This document shows, piece after piece, positions 9,664 to 17,142 of a stretch of 32,000 nucleotides of DNA (positions within the stretch are counted from its first letter, which is position 1; every line of letters begins with the position of its first letter). Position numbers and translations under genes: made by a program. The notes below the pieces were generated by a model. It had not been told where the DNA came from. It made no database searches and saw only the letters and a list, made by a program, of their open reading frames with translations. Origin of the DNA: Desulfocapsa sulfexigens DSM 10523 (GTDB lineage: Bacteria > Desulfobacterota > Desulfobulbia > Desulfobulbales > Desulfocapsaceae); contig NC_020304.1 of NCBI RefSeq assembly GCF_000341395.1, positions 1,620,001 to 1,652,000 on the forward strand, in the 5' to 3' direction.

Positions 9664-10728
9664 ATGGTGAACTCCACCATCTGGAACCGGAAAAAACCTG
9701 TGAACTCAACCTTCAAACTAAGCGTTGTTTTTTTACTGATCCTTGTATGTTGGTTACCCGGGTGCATGCTAGTACTTCAACCGGAGCCTGTCCTTCCGAA
9801 CCTTGAGGTGTTTGAAGAAGGGGATGTGGTGGTAACCTTCGAGGGATCGATTGAATCCTGGCTTTTTTTTCTGGGTGGCCGGCCGGACAATATTGAGAGT
9901 ATTCATCCGTTTAGCCACACCGAGATGGTTTTCCGCAGTTTAGAGGGGGAATTGATGCTCGGTGGGGTTTTCGATGGAATGGTAAATTCTGCGCTTCTCA
10001 GGGAACGGATTAAAAAATTTCGGAGAATTGCTGTGTTTCGGGCTAAGGCAGGGCCGGAAAAAAGACAAAAGGCCGCTCGGGTGTTATCTGGCTGGCTTGC
10101 CAAAGATTCACAGGTGGCCAAAGCTAAATTTGATTACTCCATGAATTACCAGCCTGGCCGGACTGACGAATTTTTCTGCGCAGGAATTATCAACGAAGCC
10201 TGCCGAATCGCCGCACTGGAGCTACCCTTTAAATCGGTGGCTTTGGTCCCCAATGAACTCACCCGGCAGATTGAAGTGTTGCTCGGCGTCAAATTTGACA
10301 AAATATTGGGTATCGACACTATCTTTAGTTCTAACTATTATAACCATATTCTTTCCTGGGAAAATGATCAGATTGACAAGGATAGAATAGAATTTTCGAA
10401 ACAGATTGCTTTGTACCTGATGGCACAGTATGAGCAGGGGTGGCGTCTGAAATTGTCAGATGGGGTACATCTGTTTGCCAATATGGACACTATGCCGAAG
10501 ATCGGCCGAGCACAAATGTCCCTTCGAAGTTTTCAGAAAGCGGTTTTTAAAACCTGGAACCGATTGTCTCGGCGCGGGGAACTGGAGAAGCTTGATACCA
10601 TTGGCAAAACAGAGCTGCTTGCGACCATTTGTGATAAATACCGTGAAGAATATTTTGATTTGGCCGATGCTGCTGCTGTGGGTAATGATCATCAGCAGTT
10701 GCACACAGCCGTCCTTGCAATACCCTGA
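9664..10728 (+). CDS. Putative lipoprotein, possibly a permuted papain-like (YiiX/C92-type) hydrolase
   Basis: Signal peptide with a lipobox-like WLPGC. A His (HPFSHTEMVF) lies upstream of a Cys (DEFFCAGIINEA), the permuted His-then-Cys order seen in YiiX-like amidases. The family assignment is tentative. Confidence 0.4.
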   Translation: MVNSTIWNRKKPVNSTFKLSVVFLLILVCWLPGCMLVLQPEPVLPNLEVFEEGDVVVTFEGSIESWLFFLGGRPDNIESIHPFSHTEMVFRSLEGELMLGGVFDGMVNSALLRERIKKFRRIAVFRAKAGPEKRQKAARVLSGWLAKDSQVAKAKFDYSMNYQPGRTDEFFCAGIINEACRIAALELPFKSVALVPNELTRQIEVLLGVKFDKILGIDTIFSSNYYNHILSWENDQIDKDRIEFSKQIALYLMAQYEQGWRLKLSDGVHLFANMDTMPKIGRAQMSLRSFQKAVFKTWNRLSRRGELEKLDTIGKTELLATICDKYREEYFDLADAAAVGNDHQQLHTAVLAIP

Positions 10729-11485
10729 TGACCAGTTTGTCACCGATGAGTGGTTGCAAAAGAAAGCGATTCTGGCCAACGATTTTTTTGCTATCCATCG
10801 ACTACCGGCCGGGTACAATGGTAGCCTGATTCTCCTCCAAGCAAGCAGGATCGCTGTATCCATCCGGGAATGGTTGGATCTTCCCCCCCCTGTCATTCCA
10901 GTAAAAATACTGATTTTCTCTGCCAAAGAACCACTGGGCAGCCGTTTTTTGGAACAAAGCCGAACCCGTCATCAGGCAACTGGCTATTATGATCCTGGCA
11001 AACAGGTGCTGGTTGTTGTAGGGGAGGTAGATGATCCCCGCTTTTGGACCGTCCTGAACCATGAAATCAGTCATGCCGTGCTTTATAGCTGCATGCCAGG
11101 CAATATAGGGCTCCCTTTCTGGTTTAATGAAGGAGTGGCCACGCTTTTTGAGGGAGGTGTAGAGAACCTACAGCCACGAATCAATAATGAACGGCTGGAA
11201 TATATGCGCTATCACATTGACAAAAAAAGGCCCTTGGATATCCAAGGATTGATCCTCCTGTCCGGGTCTTCTCTGGACAACAGTAGCAGCACCTATGCTC
11301 GCGCTTGGGCAGTGACCGCATATCTTTATTTTTGTGGCTTGCCGGTGAGCACCTATGTGAAGGATTTTCCCAAAAAGGGGGCTTCAGAGATTGTGCGTTT
11401 TGAAAAATCTTTTTTATTGCCTCATGAAACCCTTGATGAATTTTCGACATCTTGTATCCAATGGATTGTGTCTCAGACACAATAA
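10643..11485 (+). CDS. Lipoprotein, MA-clan zinc metallopeptidase-like (DUF1570-type)
   Basis: HEISH (HExxH) followed by FWFNEGVATLFE. A GTG at 10643 gives a proper lipoprotein signal (MKNILIWPMLLLWVMIISSC). Alternative starts are the ATGs at 10667 and 10685. Any of these overlaps the upstream gene's 3' end. Confidence 0.6.
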   Translation: MKNILIWPMLLLWVMIISSCTQPSLQYPDDQFVTDEWLQKKAILANDFFAIHRLPAGYNGSLILLQASRIAVSIREWLDLPPPVIPVKILIFSAKEPLGSRFLEQSRTRHQATGYYDPGKQVLVVVGEVDDPRFWTVLNHEISHAVLYSCMPGNIGLPFWFNEGVATLFEGGVENLQPRINNERLEYMRYHIDKKRPLDIQGLILLSGSSLDNSSSTYARAWAVTAYLYFCGLPVSTYVKDFPKKGASEIVRFEKSFLLPHETLDEFSTSCIQWIVSQTQ

Positions 11486-11607
11486 ATTCCCCCATCTCGC
11501 TTTTGACACAAAGAGGTCATTCATTGAAAGGTCTCTTGTTAAGAAATAATTCATGCCTTAGAGGGAAGATTTGAATCTTTCATTATTAGGGAAAGCTTGT
11601 AAGAAAA

Positions 11608-12012
11608 TTATACACGTTCTTTGAGCAAATCACGTATTTCTGTAAGCAATGCTTCCTGCGCCGAGGGTTTTAGAGGCTCTGCAGGTGCTTCCTCTTCTTT
11701 TCGCTTAAGAGAGTTTATTCCTTTGATAATCATGAAAATTGTAAATGCGATAATTGTGAAATCGACCGCAGTCTGAATAAACTTTCCATAACTGATAACT
11801 ACAGCGGGTATATCCCCCGTCGCTTCTTGAATCGTGAAAGCCAACTTTGAGAAATCAATTCCACCAACTAGTACGCCTATTGGAGGCATAATAACATCAG
11901 CGACAAAGGAAGAAACGATTTTACCAAATGCTGCGCCAATAATGATGCCAACTGCCATATCCATTACATTTCCTTTCACGGCGAATTCTTTGAACTCTTT
12001 CATCATACCCAT
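11608..12012 (-). CDS. mscL: Large-conductance mechanosensitive channel
   Basis: 134 aa. [41 protein letters not shown] is the highly conserved MscL N-terminus/TM1. GGAG lies 9 nt upstream. Confidence 0.95.
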   Translation of the reverse strand: MGMMKEFKEFAVKGNVMDMAVGIIIGAAFGKIVSSFVADVIMPPIGVLVGGIDFSKLAFTIQEATGDIPAVVISYGKFIQTAVDFTIIAFTIFMIIKGINSLKRKEEEAPAEPLKPSAQEALLTEIRDLLKERV

Positions 12013-12315
12013 GATAAATTCTCCTCTAATTACGTTTGATGGTATAGAAAATATGGCTGTTTGTTTGATAATATAAATCTGGGGTTTGATCTGATCTTGC
12101 TACACGTTTCAATCAACAATTTTATCGCTTGTTCAAAAGGGGTATTATCTGTATAGCAGGTCAGTGTTTTTTCCTTCTAAGGAAGAAAAAATGTTATTTT
12201 AATCTGGAACCGATACCATACAGCCTAAAGAACAGGTCTGGTGGTCTGAAAATTGTGACCACCTTTATATTCTGTAGTATATCAATAATGAATGTAATAA
12301 AAGAAAAAGTTAATC

Positions 12316-12519
12316 ATGAATGGTGTTAATCGAAAAGATGTTAACGTTGGGTGCCGAGTCTTAATTGTTTTAAAACAGGATCAGCGTTCTGGAAAACTCA
12401 CAGAGGGGATTGTAAAAGAAATCCTGACAAAATCCCCAACCCATCCATATGGCATTAAAGTGCGCTTGGAAAGCGGTGCTGTTGGACGAGTTAAAAATAT
12501 TCAAAGTACCTCTAAGTGA
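12316..12519 (+). CDS. ywbE: YwbE-family small protein (DUF2196)
   Basis: 67 aa. VLKQDQRSGKLTEGIVKEILTKSPTHPYGIKVRLESGAVGRVKNI matches the conserved YwbE pattern. Confidence 0.8.
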   Translation: MNGVNRKDVNVGCRVLIVLKQDQRSGKLTEGIVKEILTKSPTHPYGIKVRLESGAVGRVKNIQSTSK

Positions 12520-12525
12520 TAAAAA

Positions 12526-13866
12526 ATGGCCGACAATAACATTGTAGAATTAACCCCATTCCGTGCAGATCTTACCCGTGCAATGGCGCGTCGTGGTGAA
12601 CGACTTTTAGCGTCCACCGACTTGGCAGAGCAGGTTGCAGCTCTGGAACCCTTGGAAGCCTACTACATTGTCAGGGATGTCGGCTTTGATCAGGCCCTTC
12701 CTATTCTTCTTCAGCTCAATCAAAAACAATTGGAGACTTGTGTCGATCTTGATTGCTGGAACCGTCACGACTTCGCTGTCACCAGTCTTGATGAATGGCT
12801 GACTGCTTTTTCACTTGCTGGTCCAGAAATTCTGGCGGAGACGTTCTTCTCACTGGACTATGTGGTTCAGCTTCTTTTTATGGCTAAAACCGTAACGGTG
12901 TACGACCCTGATACCGATGAGGTTCCGCAAATGGTCATGGAGGGAAACACGTCTCGGGCCATGACTCCGGATGGTTTTTATCTCTTGGAGTCCAAGGAAG
13001 ACGTTAACCTCAAAATACATCCTTTTACTCTGTTGGACGCCTTGTACCAATACGACTTGACGGCTGCTCATCAACTCCTTAGCGAGGTTCGCGTGGATCT
13101 GTCAATTCAGATTGAAGAAGAAGCCTTACATTTCCGTAGTGGTCGTATGCAGGATATTGGTTTTGTGCCTCCCGACGAAGCTGTCCTTCTTTTTACTCGG
13201 CCGGATATTCGCAAATCATCACCTCGACCTCAAAAGCCAATTGGTGGTCCAGTTAGTCACGTACCATCCGTCTATGCAAAATCCTTGATCGAGACCACCC
13301 TGTTACAACAGGCTTTGTCCCTGATAACAAGCCAGGAAGAGCTGTCACGTCTGGAGCAGGAGATTGTCTGGACTATAAACAGTGCAATTGTTGCCTATGG
13401 GGAAAAGACGCAGGATACGAAACAGATTTCCGACATTGCAGAACGGGTGCGGGACACAATTTCTCTAGGTTTGGAATCATTGTTGGCTAAAGATGCATTT
13501 GAGAACCAAGTGGACAATGTAACAGCTGTCGCCAAAGCATCCGACTTGTTGGGCAGTTGCTATATAAGTGACCTGTTTCGGCACGGTTTTGCTGCCACAC
13601 AAGACCTCCAGCAGGAGATACGACTGGCTCTTCGTGATTCTGTATTTCGCGCCTGGTATGATCTTGCCGAGAGCGAGCAGTCCGATGATCCTGAGGATCG
13701 TCTGGAGCGTGCCTTTGTGTCTGCGTTACTGGGGCGTCATCCCTTGCGCGGTGGTTTTGATCTGGCTAAGGTTGAGGATGTTAAGGCTTTTGCCTGTCTG
13801 GCTGAGATCGATGCAGCTCACGTCCGTTTGCAACTGTTGGTCGCCAATATCTGTGGTTTGTCCTGA
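12526..13866 (+). CDS. Hypothetical acidic cytoplasmic protein (446 aa)
   Basis: Long ORF starting 6 nt after the ywbE stop codon. No motif I can assign. Confidence 0.6.
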   Translation: MADNNIVELTPFRADLTRAMARRGERLLASTDLAEQVAALEPLEAYYIVRDVGFDQALPILLQLNQKQLETCVDLDCWNRHDFAVTSLDEWLTAFSLAGPEILAETFFSLDYVVQLLFMAKTVTVYDPDTDEVPQMVMEGNTSRAMTPDGFYLLESKEDVNLKIHPFTLLDALYQYDLTAAHQLLSEVRVDLSIQIEEEALHFRSGRMQDIGFVPPDEAVLLFTRPDIRKSSPRPQKPIGGPVSHVPSVYAKSLIETTLLQQALSLITSQEELSRLEQEIVWTINSAIVAYGEKTQDTKQISDIAERVRDTISLGLESLLAKDAFENQVDNVTAVAKASDLLGSCYISDLFRHGFAATQDLQQEIRLALRDSVFRAWYDLAESEQSDDPEDRLERAFVSALLGRHPLRGGFDLAKVEDVKAFACLAEIDAAHVRLQLLVANICGLS

Positions 13867-13918
13867 TATCCCTGATCAAGTAATGATCACAAGTAAAAAG
13901 AAGAAGTAAAAAGGGTCG

Positions 13919-13978
13919 GAGTGAAATTAAATCGAGAACAACGGTAAAGTACTGATAGTTTGATTTCACTCTGGCCCC
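13919..13978 (-). repeat. 60-nt imperfect palindrome, copy A (attC-like cassette boundary element)
   Basis: GAGTGAAATTAAATC...GTTTGATTTCACTC. Arms GAGTGAAAT / ATTTCACTC pair. 51 of 60 positions are identical to copy B at 16582..16641 by hand alignment. It overlaps the stop codon of the 13966..14604 gene. Confidence 0.6.
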
Positions 13979-14604
13979 TCCAATTCCTTGTCATCGCAAT
14001 CGGCTGGTAAGAAGGTGATTTTGAAAAAGCTATTACCACCCGCGGGAGTATATTCACCTGTATGTAAGCTCACTGTTACGAGTTCATCCTTCAATTGCGA
14101 AAGACTAGCACTCATTAAAATGCGTGCTTTGATCTTAAGGTCCCCTGCAAAGCATATGGTGTCTTGATCATTGTCCTGTCGTTCCGAAATGCCACCGTAT
14201 GTCTCTTCTTTGCATACGACCTTGAATGGCCCTTCTGTGGTATACAAACGTATTCTTGTTCTTCCTCCATGCAAATGCACATGTTTAGTGACTGTGTAGC
14301 AACCCACTCTCACTTTTGTTGGGGTATCCACTTCTATTGTACCTTCGAGGTCGACAGCAAAGGTGCAAATACTTTTCTTCTCATTGTCGACAAGCCATCG
14401 CGAAGTTGCGATAGCGCTACCCTCGATTTCAATCATATCAGATGTGCTGTTCAAAGTTACACTATCACCGCAATGTTTGTTGTTCACGGACTCCAGAACC
14501 TTAAAGCCTGTTACTTCCCAATTGGCATAGCCAAAGGCAAAAACACTGGATTGTGAAAGAGTGATAAGAAGTACGAGCGTAACAGCTAGCAAAGAATATC
14601 TCAT
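13966..14604 (-). CDS. Secreted hypothetical protein (212 aa, signal peptide, 6 Cys), last gene of the RiPP-like module
   Basis: N-terminal MRYSLLAVTLVLLITLSQSSVFA signal peptide. Composition looks beta-rich. 71 nt downstream of the radical SAM gene, same strand. Confidence 0.7.
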   Translation of the reverse strand: MRYSLLAVTLVLLITLSQSSVFAFGYANWEVTGFKVLESVNNKHCGDSVTLNSTSDMIEIEGSAIATSRWLVDNEKKSICTFAVDLEGTIEVDTPTKVRVGCYTVTKHVHLHGGRTRIRLYTTEGPFKVVCKEETYGGISERQDNDQDTICFAGDLKIKARILMSASLSQLKDELVTVSLHTGEYTPAGGNSFFKITFLPADCDDKELEGPE

Positions 14605-14675
14605 AATGTCCTCAAAACTTACTCTGATCCCTTTATTTGTTATTTGTTAATTTATCTTTGGCGCTATTCTATCCG

Positions 14676-16109
14676 TTAATAGAGACGGGTTGTAAGAGGA
14701 GCTGCCTTTGGACAAAATGGATTGGTGGTAAACAGGCGACCATAGGCTTTATATGTGTCTTTAAAACAATGCCCTTTTACCATGACACAAAATTCAAAAT
14801 TATCACATTCATAGCATGAAGAATTTTTAAAGTTTTCTTTTCTAGGATATGCTAGTTCCTTTAACTCTTGAGAGTTCCATACTGATTCAAGACTCGAGTC
14901 AGTTAAATCACCAACTAAAAAAGGTCCATTTTGCGGTACTTCCTCACAAATAGACACCTTTCCATCCGGTGCGATAATAAGTGAACTGCGGCCAGAAGAA
15001 CAACTGGGTCGATCTTTGAGCCAGTAATGAGCCCGCTCCTGATCGCTCATCATCGTCGGCTCGGGTAATCGATTATGGAAAATAGTTATTCCATCTGAAC
15101 CATACTTGTTTGCCAGCCAGTTCATTTTATCATCGAATTCTAGGAGTTGGTTCTCTCCTAATAGTATAGAATTGTTGTCTTTGTTCATTGATCGAAAAGC
15201 AGGTGAAAATTTCATTTCACAAATCCCGAGGTCACGGAGTGTAATGATTATATCTTCCAATTGATCAAAGTTGTGTTGAGTTATAATACTATTGGTACGA
15301 GTAAATATCTGTGTGTCTCGTAAATTCTCAAGGGTTTTAATAATCCGAGCATGTTGTCCAGATCGTCCTAAGATTAAATCCCCGGTCGATGAATTTGCGG
15401 CATCAACGCTTACTTGAAGATAATCAAGTCCTACTTCTTCAAGCCGCCGCACAATCTGTTTGTCGAGAAAAGCTTTGGTGGACATATCTACAACTATCCC
15501 AAGCTTTAAAGCATGCGCAATAATTTCAATTACGTCTGGATGACAGAAGGGATCACCGCCGCAAAAATTAACTTGGTTAGTGCCAAGTCTTCCCATCTCA
15601 TCGATTAATTCCAGAATCCGACTAGTTGCCAATTGGTAGTTGCCAGGAACTTTTCTTCGACAAGCGTAACAATATATACAGTCAGCCTGGCAGTTAAAAG
15701 TGATTTGAAAGATCAAAGAAATCGGCGCTTCAAGCCTTGTTTTCATGTCAAGGTGTTGCGCTGGAATAATGAAATCCGATGGATTAAATCGTTTAACTAT
15801 TTTGCCGACTGCATCTCGAATAAGCATCTTACCGTCTGGAGTGATGTAATTCAAAACCTCCATTAACTGTTTCCTGGAATCGGTGATGGGCAGACCTGAA
15901 AGGAATGAAATTATACCTACGACCTCCCCAACAGTTCGTTTCCCATCCAGAAGTGAAAAAATTGAAGCAGCTGGGGAGGGTAATACACCATACTCAAGTT
16001 CGAGATGAGGAAGATAGGAGATAACAACTTTTGTTTTTTCTCGACGCATGAAGACAAAAGGAGAAATTCCTAATACTTCATTGTCTCTAAATCCTTTTTC
16101 ATCAAGCAT
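14676..16109 (-). CDS. Radical SAM / SPASM-domain peptide maturase with N-terminal PqqD-like RRE
   Basis: CxxxCxxC in FNCQADCIYCY. GGDPF SAM-binding-type motif. The C-terminal Cys pattern C-x12-G-x4-C ... CxxCx5Cx6C ... C is typical of SPASM auxiliary 4Fe-4S sites. The N-terminal about 100 aa with LLDGKRTVGEVVGIISFL resembles a PqqD-like RiPP recognition element. Confidence 0.9.
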   Translation of the reverse strand: MLDEKGFRDNEVLGISPFVFMRREKTKVVISYLPHLELEYGVLPSPAASIFSLLDGKRTVGEVVGIISFLSGLPITDSRKQLMEVLNYITPDGKMLIRDAVGKIVKRFNPSDFIIPAQHLDMKTRLEAPISLIFQITFNCQADCIYCYACRRKVPGNYQLATSRILELIDEMGRLGTNQVNFCGGDPFCHPDVIEIIAHALKLGIVVDMSTKAFLDKQIVRRLEEVGLDYLQVSVDAANSSTGDLILGRSGQHARIIKTLENLRDTQIFTRTNSIITQHNFDQLEDIIITLRDLGICEMKFSPAFRSMNKDNNSILLGENQLLEFDDKMNWLANKYGSDGITIFHNRLPEPTMMSDQERAHYWLKDRPSCSSGRSSLIIAPDGKVSICEEVPQNGPFLVGDLTDSSLESVWNSQELKELAYPRKENFKNSSCYECDNFEFCVMVKGHCFKDTYKAYGRLFTTNPFCPKAAPLTTRLY

Positions 16110-16127
16110 ATAAGTTTCAGATAATAA

Positions 16128-16508
16128 TCATGTTGCTTTTGAACCACAGACTTGCCCATATGTACATGTAACGGGACCACCACCAGAATTTTTACCGCAG
16201 ACTTCATTTCCACATGTCCCGCTAGACTTACAGGTAACATCTGCATCAGAATTGCACGCTGAACCGGTACAAGCACCACCATCACAACTCGAGCTTGCAA
16301 GACAGGCCACGTGCGAACAAACTCCTGCCAAACAATCGTCAGGCCAGATCTTCGCTTCATTAACGATACCGATGAAGTCTTCATAGCCTGCTTCCTTATA
16401 AGCGTTCTTCAATTTAAGCCATACTTCCGAGGACTCTCCCTGACATGCGTTATCCACAATTGATTTTAGAAATTTTAAATCTCGACCTTCTTGTTTTTTT
16501 ACTGACAT
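16128..16508 (-). CDS. Cys-rich RiPP precursor peptide candidate (126 aa: about 58-aa leader plus 68-aa core with 11 Cys)
   Basis: GAGGAG lies 6 nt upstream of the ATG. The stop codon is 18 nt before the maturase start. The core is C-LAGV-C-SHVA-C-LASSS-C-DGGA-C-TGSA-C-NSDADVT-C-KSSGT-C-GNEV-C-GKNSGGGPVT-C-TYGQV-C-GSKAT, rich in Gly/Ser/Ala/Thr. Confidence 0.75.
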   Translation of the reverse strand: MSVKKQEGRDLKFLKSIVDNACQGESSEVWLKLKNAYKEAGYEDFIGIVNEAKIWPDDCLAGVCSHVACLASSSCDGGACTGSACNSDADVTCKSSGTCGNEVCGKNSGGGPVTCTYGQVCGSKAT

Positions 16509-16581
16509 GTTTTCTCCTCACTCACATTGACCCAGAGGGTAATGTCCCAAAACTTGATTAGTTGAGTAGTAATAAAGGACA

Positions 16582-16641
16582 GAGTAAAATTATAGCGAGA
16601 GCGACGGTAAAGTGCTGATGGGTTGATTTCACTCTGCCCCC
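16582..16641 (-). repeat. 60-nt imperfect palindrome, copy B (attC-like cassette boundary element)
   Basis: GAGTAAAATTATAGC...GGTTGATTTCACTC. See copy A. It lies between the rhodanese stop codon (16663) and the precursor gene. Confidence 0.6.
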
Positions 16642-16662
16642 TTTGTTTCTGTAATAAATGAT

Positions 16663-17049
16663 TTAAGGGTGTGATGGTATTTTTCCAGGTGTGCTTTTCT
16701 TACCTTCTGTTGCATAGCCATCTCGTTTCCACCAATCGAGGCCACCAAGCAATTCTTTAACCTTAAATCCAAGTTTTGAGAATTTAAGCGCACCTTTTGT
16801 TGAGGCATTGCAACCAATGCCATCGCAGTAAGTTACATATGTTTTCGTTTTGTCAAGATTACTTGTTGTTAGTTCGGACGTAGTGCTATGAGGAAAATTC
16901 ACTGATGAAGGAATATGCTCAACTTCAAAAGCTTGTTTTGACCGAGCATCTACAACAATGATATCTTGATTATTTTCCAAAGCCTCAAACAGATCCCACG
17001 AGTCTGTTTCATAGTTTAATTTTGCCTCGTAAAACTCAATTTGATTCAT
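16663..17049 (-). CDS. Rhodanese-domain protein (single-domain sulfurtransferase-like)
   Basis: 128 aa. IVVDARSKQAFEVEHIPSSVNFP and an active-site-loop-like YCDGIGCNAS. AAGGAA lies 9 nt upstream. Confidence 0.75.
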   Translation of the reverse strand: MNQIEFYEAKLNYETDSWDLFEALENNQDIIVVDARSKQAFEVEHIPSSVNFPHSTTSELTTSNLDKTKTYVTYCDGIGCNASTKGALKFSKLGFKVKELLGGLDWWKRDGYATEGKKSTPGKIPSHP

Positions 17050-17091
17050 AGCTATTGTTCCTTTGCGTATCGAAGAATTAAGCAGCAGCGT

Positions 17092-17142
17092 GGGGTGAAA
17101 TTGAGCGGAAGCCCGCGCCGTCCGCTGGAATGATGGGCTTGG
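17092..17142 (-). repeat. attC-like element related to copies A/B (weaker)
   Basis: GGGGTGAAATTGAGCGGAAG shares the GTGAAATT arm with copies A and B. It contains an AGCGGA(11 nt)TCCGCT stem. It directly follows the stop codon of the 17143..18450 gene. Pairing of the outer arms is poor. Confidence 0.3.

Noticed and set aside
16070-16384. A 104-aa ORF overlapping the precursor gene in another frame, which could have been a second peptide.
   Set aside because: It lies entirely within the precursor gene and the 5' end of the maturase gene, has no RBS, and its sequence has no repeat or leader-like features. I treat it as a shadow ORF.
16128-16508. Assigning the precursor leader to a named leader family (Nif11-like or nitrile-hydratase-like), or the peptide to the SCIFF or ACGX families.
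   Set aside because: Only a vague helical resemblance is visible (LKFLKSIV ... FIGIVNEA), and there is no GG/GA cleavage motif. I cannot run the HMMs, so only 'leader of unknown type' is claimed.
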